DNA of 64,000 bases, from contig CBDBOV010000002.1 in the NCBI GenBank assembly GCA_965208575.1, forward strand, positions 672,001 to 736,000. Reading direction: 5' to 3'. Shown piece by piece: positions 61,038-64,000 of this stretch. Each line of letters begins with the position of its first letter. Position 1 is the stretch's first letter. The translations under genes were made by a program, and so were the position numbers. The stretch comes from Spirochaetia bacterium (GTDB lineage Bacteria; Spirochaetota; Spirochaetia; SZUA-6; Bin103). The notes beneath the pieces were generated by a model. The model ran no database searches. It saw only the letters and a program-made list of their open reading frames with translations, and had not been told where the DNA came from.

Positions 61038-61880
61038 ATGAAGACGCTCGACGAGCACCTCGCGGAGTTCAAGCAGGTCGGGTTCACGCTGTTTCCCGGC
61101 ATGCTGGACGCGCAGTGGGTGCGCGAGATGCGTGCCGCCTTCGACGCCATCGCCGATCGCATCCCGAGCGCGGGCGGCAGTCGCCCGAGCGTTTTGGTCG
61201 ACGTGCTCGAGCACCAGCCGCGGCTCGTCCTGAGCGCGCTCGCCAACGAGCGCCTGCTCGACTTCGCCGAGATGGTGATCGGCCCGCACGTGCAACTGGA
61301 GTCGATCACCTACCGGCGCACGCCGCCCGACCCCGATCCCGGTGCCGGCGCCAACCCGGTACTGGGCTTCCACCGCGACATGTTCGCGTTCTTTCCCGAC
61401 GACGGCGTGTACCACCGCCCGCTGCTGTTCAACGCGCTCTCCTACCTGCAGGACCTGACCGACGACAGCGGTCCGTTGCGCATCATTCCCGGCTCCCACA
61501 TGCGCGCCATGGAGATGAACAGTGAGGAAGCGAAGCGCCCACACCCCGAAGAGGTAATCCTCTACCCCAAGGCCGGCGACGTCGCCGTGTTCCACTGCAG
61601 CATGCTGCACTCCGGGTCGGCCAACCGCTCCGCCGACTACCGCTACCTGTTCTTCCTCACCCTCAACCACTCGTGGCTGAAGCACCGCGCCAACTACCAG
61701 GGACCGGTCTCGCAGGCGGTGATCGCGCGTGCACGGGAGCAGGGCGACCGGCGCCTGCTGCGCCTGCTCGGCGTCGACGACCAGTTCGTGCAGCGCGCCA
61801 ACTGCGGCTTCCGGGAACCGGACGAGCACAACTGGCGCCGCTGGATCGCCGAAGACACCGCCGCCCGCACGCAGGCGTAA
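61038..61880 (+). CDS. Phytanoyl-CoA dioxygenase (PhyH) family protein
   Basis: HRD, IPGSH, AGDVAVF...HSG...R. Confidence 0.88.
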   Translation: MKTLDEHLAEFKQVGFTLFPGMLDAQWVREMRAAFDAIADRIPSAGGSRPSVLVDVLEHQPRLVLSALANERLLDFAEMVIGPHVQLESITYRRTPPDPDPGAGANPVLGFHRDMFAFFPDDGVYHRPLLFNALSYLQDLTDDSGPLRIIPGSHMRAMEMNSEEAKRPHPEEVILYPKAGDVAVFHCSMLHSGSANRSADYRYLFFLTLNHSWLKHRANYQGPVSQAVIARAREQGDRRLLRLLGVDDQFVQRANCGFREPDEHNWRRWIAEDTAARTQA

Positions 61881-61930
61881 GCCGGGCGGTGCCGCGCAGG
61901 ACGCCGCGAGCCGGAAGATGCGCTGTGGGA

Positions 61931-62956
61931 TCAGCCGCTCTCCTGCTTCGGGTCGGCGACCGGGCCGAGCAGGCGGGGCAGGAAGCCGGCGACGGTGAGC
62001 TGCCACAGGTGGTAGATGATCAGCGGCAGCAGGGCGACGCCGAGCAGGTCGGGCATGGTGGCGAAGTAGGTGGTAAGCAGCGGCGCGCCCATGGCCAGGG
62101 TCTTCTGCGGCGCCACGAACAGCACGGTGTAGGTGTTGGCCTTGTCCAGCCGCAATGCGCGGCCCGCGCCCCAGGCGGCGCCGAGCAGCAGCAGGTGGGA
62201 GACCGCCAGGTACGCGAACAGCGGCCACAGGCGCAGCAGCGAAGCGGCGAACTCCGGGTCGCGCGCGGGCCGAGAGAACGAGAACCAGATGATCACCAGG
62301 ATGGCGGCGTTCATGAACACGCCGATCTTCTTGCCGTGCCGCCGCGCCCACTCGCGCAGCACGGCGCGCGCCACCTGGCCGAGCGCGACCGGCAGCAGCA
62401 TGCGCAGCACCAGGGAAGAGAGCACGCGCACCAGCTCCTCGGGCGGCAGCGCGCGGCCGGTCTGCTGCAGCAGCAGTGACAGCAGGAGCGGCGACAGGAA
62501 CACGCCCGCGACGTTGGCCAGCGAGGCGTTGAAGATGGTGGCGACCACGTTGCCGCGCGCGAGCTGGGTGAACACGATGCAACTCGACACCGTGGTGGGC
62601 AGCACCGCCAGCGCGTAGATGCCGGCCAGGATGCGCGGATCGCCGCCGCGCCACAGCACTGCGCTGGTGGCCGCAAAGTAGAGCGGCGTGACGACGAAGA
62701 TGAACGCCTGCAGGACCAGGTGCAGGCGCACGTCGCGCAGCCCGGCGCGGATCGCCTCGGTGGGCAGGCTCAGGCCGGACAGGAAGAACAGGGCCACCAC
62801 CAGCACGGTGGCCGTGAGCCCACCCCCGCTGGCCGCGGTACCCGCTTCCGGCGCCGCCAGGCCGCCGGCCACCGCGGCCAGCAGCCCTACAAAGAACCAA
62901 TTCTTGCGCAGCCAGGCGCCGGCCCGGGCTGGTGCAGCCATCTCGCCGCGCATCAT
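61931..62956 (-). CDS. Bile acid:sodium symporter family (SBF-like) protein
   Basis: FFLSGLSL, LPTTVSS, GN, QKTLAMG, YHLWQL. Confidence 0.88.
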   Translation of the reverse strand: MMRGEMAAPARAGAWLRKNWFFVGLLAAVAGGLAAPEAGTAASGGGLTATVLVVALFFLSGLSLPTEAIRAGLRDVRLHLVLQAFIFVVTPLYFAATSAVLWRGGDPRILAGIYALAVLPTTVSSCIVFTQLARGNVVATIFNASLANVAGVFLSPLLLSLLLQQTGRALPPEELVRVLSSLVLRMLLPVALGQVARAVLREWARRHGKKIGVFMNAAILVIIWFSFSRPARDPEFAASLLRLWPLFAYLAVSHLLLLGAAWGAGRALRLDKANTYTVLFVAPQKTLAMGAPLLTTYFATMPDLLGVALLPLIIYHLWQLTVAGFLPRLLGPVADPKQESG

Positions 62957-62978
62957 AGCACTGCTTGACGCCACTCGT

Positions 62979-63006
62979 TCCATACGTAAGCATGCTTACG
63001 TATGGA
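62979..63006. promoter_or_regulatory. Perfect 28-bp palindrome overlapping the antitoxin start (likely TA operator)
   Basis: TCCATACGTAAGCA|TGCTTACGTATGGA; TTGACG at 62965-62970. Confidence 0.7.
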
Positions 63007-63253
63007 CAAGGTTCTCTCGACCAGAATCGATGAAGAGATCGCTCAGACGCTCGATGGCCTCGCCGTCACGCTCCGGACCTCCAAGAAGCGCATCGTGGAG
63101 GACGCTATTCGGCTCTATAGCGAGACGGTCGAGCAGAAGCCGGACCCGCTCGAACAATCGTTCGGCGTCTGGCGGCGGGCGGAGGAACCGGATGAGTTGC
63201 ACCGCCGGATACGTGTTGCCTTTGAAGACTCCATCAAACGGCACCAGAAGTGA
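63002..63253 (+). CDS. Ribbon-helix-helix antitoxin (VapB-like)
   Basis: KVLSTRIDEE...SKKRIVEDAI, FGVW; GTGA overlap with the PIN gene. Confidence 0.8.
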   Translation: MDKVLSTRIDEEIAQTLDGLAVTLRTSKKRIVEDAIRLYSETVEQKPDPLEQSFGVWRRAEEPDELHRRIRVAFEDSIKRHQK

Positions 63254-63639
63254 GGGCATACGTCGATGCCGATGTCCTGATCTGGCATCTCCGCGGAATG
63301 GATGCCGCGCGCGGTTTCATCGCGAGCCTGCGTGCGAACCCCGCGTACGAGCTCTGGGTTGGCGCCATGCAGAGGGCGGAGATTGTCTTCTTCATGCGAC
63401 CGGATGAGGAGGCCGCGACCCTCGGGCTGTTCTCCCTTTTCCAGACGGCACCGGTCGGGCAGGCGATCATCGACGCCGCCGGCGGGATCTACCGCCGCTG
63501 GAACTCGTCGCATGGAATCGATGTCAACGACGCTATTCTGGCGGCTACGGTCCGCGCTACCGGTGGCAAGCTCTATTGCCTGAACACCCGTCACTACCCG
63601 ATGGACGACATCCTGGTGGAACGGGCGTGGACGCCTTGA
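63250..63639 (+). CDS. PIN-domain toxin (VapC-like)
   Basis: YVDADVLI, E, DAILAAT, LNTRHYP. Confidence 0.88.
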   Translation: MRAYVDADVLIWHLRGMDAARGFIASLRANPAYELWVGAMQRAEIVFFMRPDEEAATLGLFSLFQTAPVGQAIIDAAGGIYRRWNSSHGIDVNDAILAATVRATGGKLYCLNTRHYPMDDILVERAWTP

Positions 63640-63724
63640 TCGGCGAGCCCGCAGGTTCAGGCGGCCGTTCCCGGGTCAGCCCCGGCCCTTTACCACCCGC
63701 GGCCGAGCCGGTAACGTCCGGGGC

Positions 63725-64000
63725 ATGCAGATTGGCTTCAACATGCTGCTCTGGACGCCGTTCGTGACCGAGGAGCACTTCCCCCTGTTCGCGCCGCTCA
63801 AGGAGACCGGCTACGACGGCGTCGAGCTGGAGATTTTCGAAGGCACGCCCGACCATTACGCCCGGGTGGCGCGTGAGTTGGACAACCATGGCCTGCGCCG
63901 CACCGGCGTCACCATCATCCCCGACCAGGAGCGCAACATCCTCAGCGCCGATCCGGCGCGCCGCTCCGCCGGGGTGGACCACATGAAGTGGGCGATCGAC
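63725..64000 (+). CDS. Sugar phosphate isomerase/epimerase (partial, runs off the window)
   Basis: MQIGFNMLLWTPFVTEEHFPLFAPLKETGYDGVELEIF. Confidence 0.8.
   Translation, partial: MQIGFNMLLWTPFVTEEHFPLFAPLKETGYDGVELEIFEGTPDHYARVARELDNHGLRRTGVTIIPDQERNILSADPARRSAGVDHMKWAID

Overview
Very GC-rich bacterial chromosomal window. The style of the peptide-ABC binding protein, plus NHL, FG-GAP/ASPIC, PhyH and many Gfo/Idh/MocA genes, suggests a spirochaete-like, possibly host-associated organism (inference only). It mixes housekeeping genes (gltA, phoBR-like pair, htpG, trpS, purM, tag, folC, murA, rpmE2) with sugar/ABC catabolic genes and four toxin-antitoxin loci or remnants (HigBA, a ParE fragment, MNT-HEPN, VapBC). 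The most striking feature is two inverted copies (32713-35672 and 42081-44936) of a ~2.9 kb element. Each copy has sharp ends, strongly conserved non-coding flanks with stem-loop potential, and one ORF (helical N-terminus, two variable tandem-repeat arrays, C-terminal HNH nuclease). No transposase, terminal inverted repeats or target duplication are visible, and one copy abuts a 5'-truncated AAC(3)-family gene. Also notable: a 60-aa bacterial histone-fold protein, a Cys-to-Asp MurA, a triplicated gene start forming mini-ORFs, and a frameshifted SulP gene. No rRNA, tRNA or CRISPR array was recognised. All product calls come from motifs read by eye; no database searches were run.
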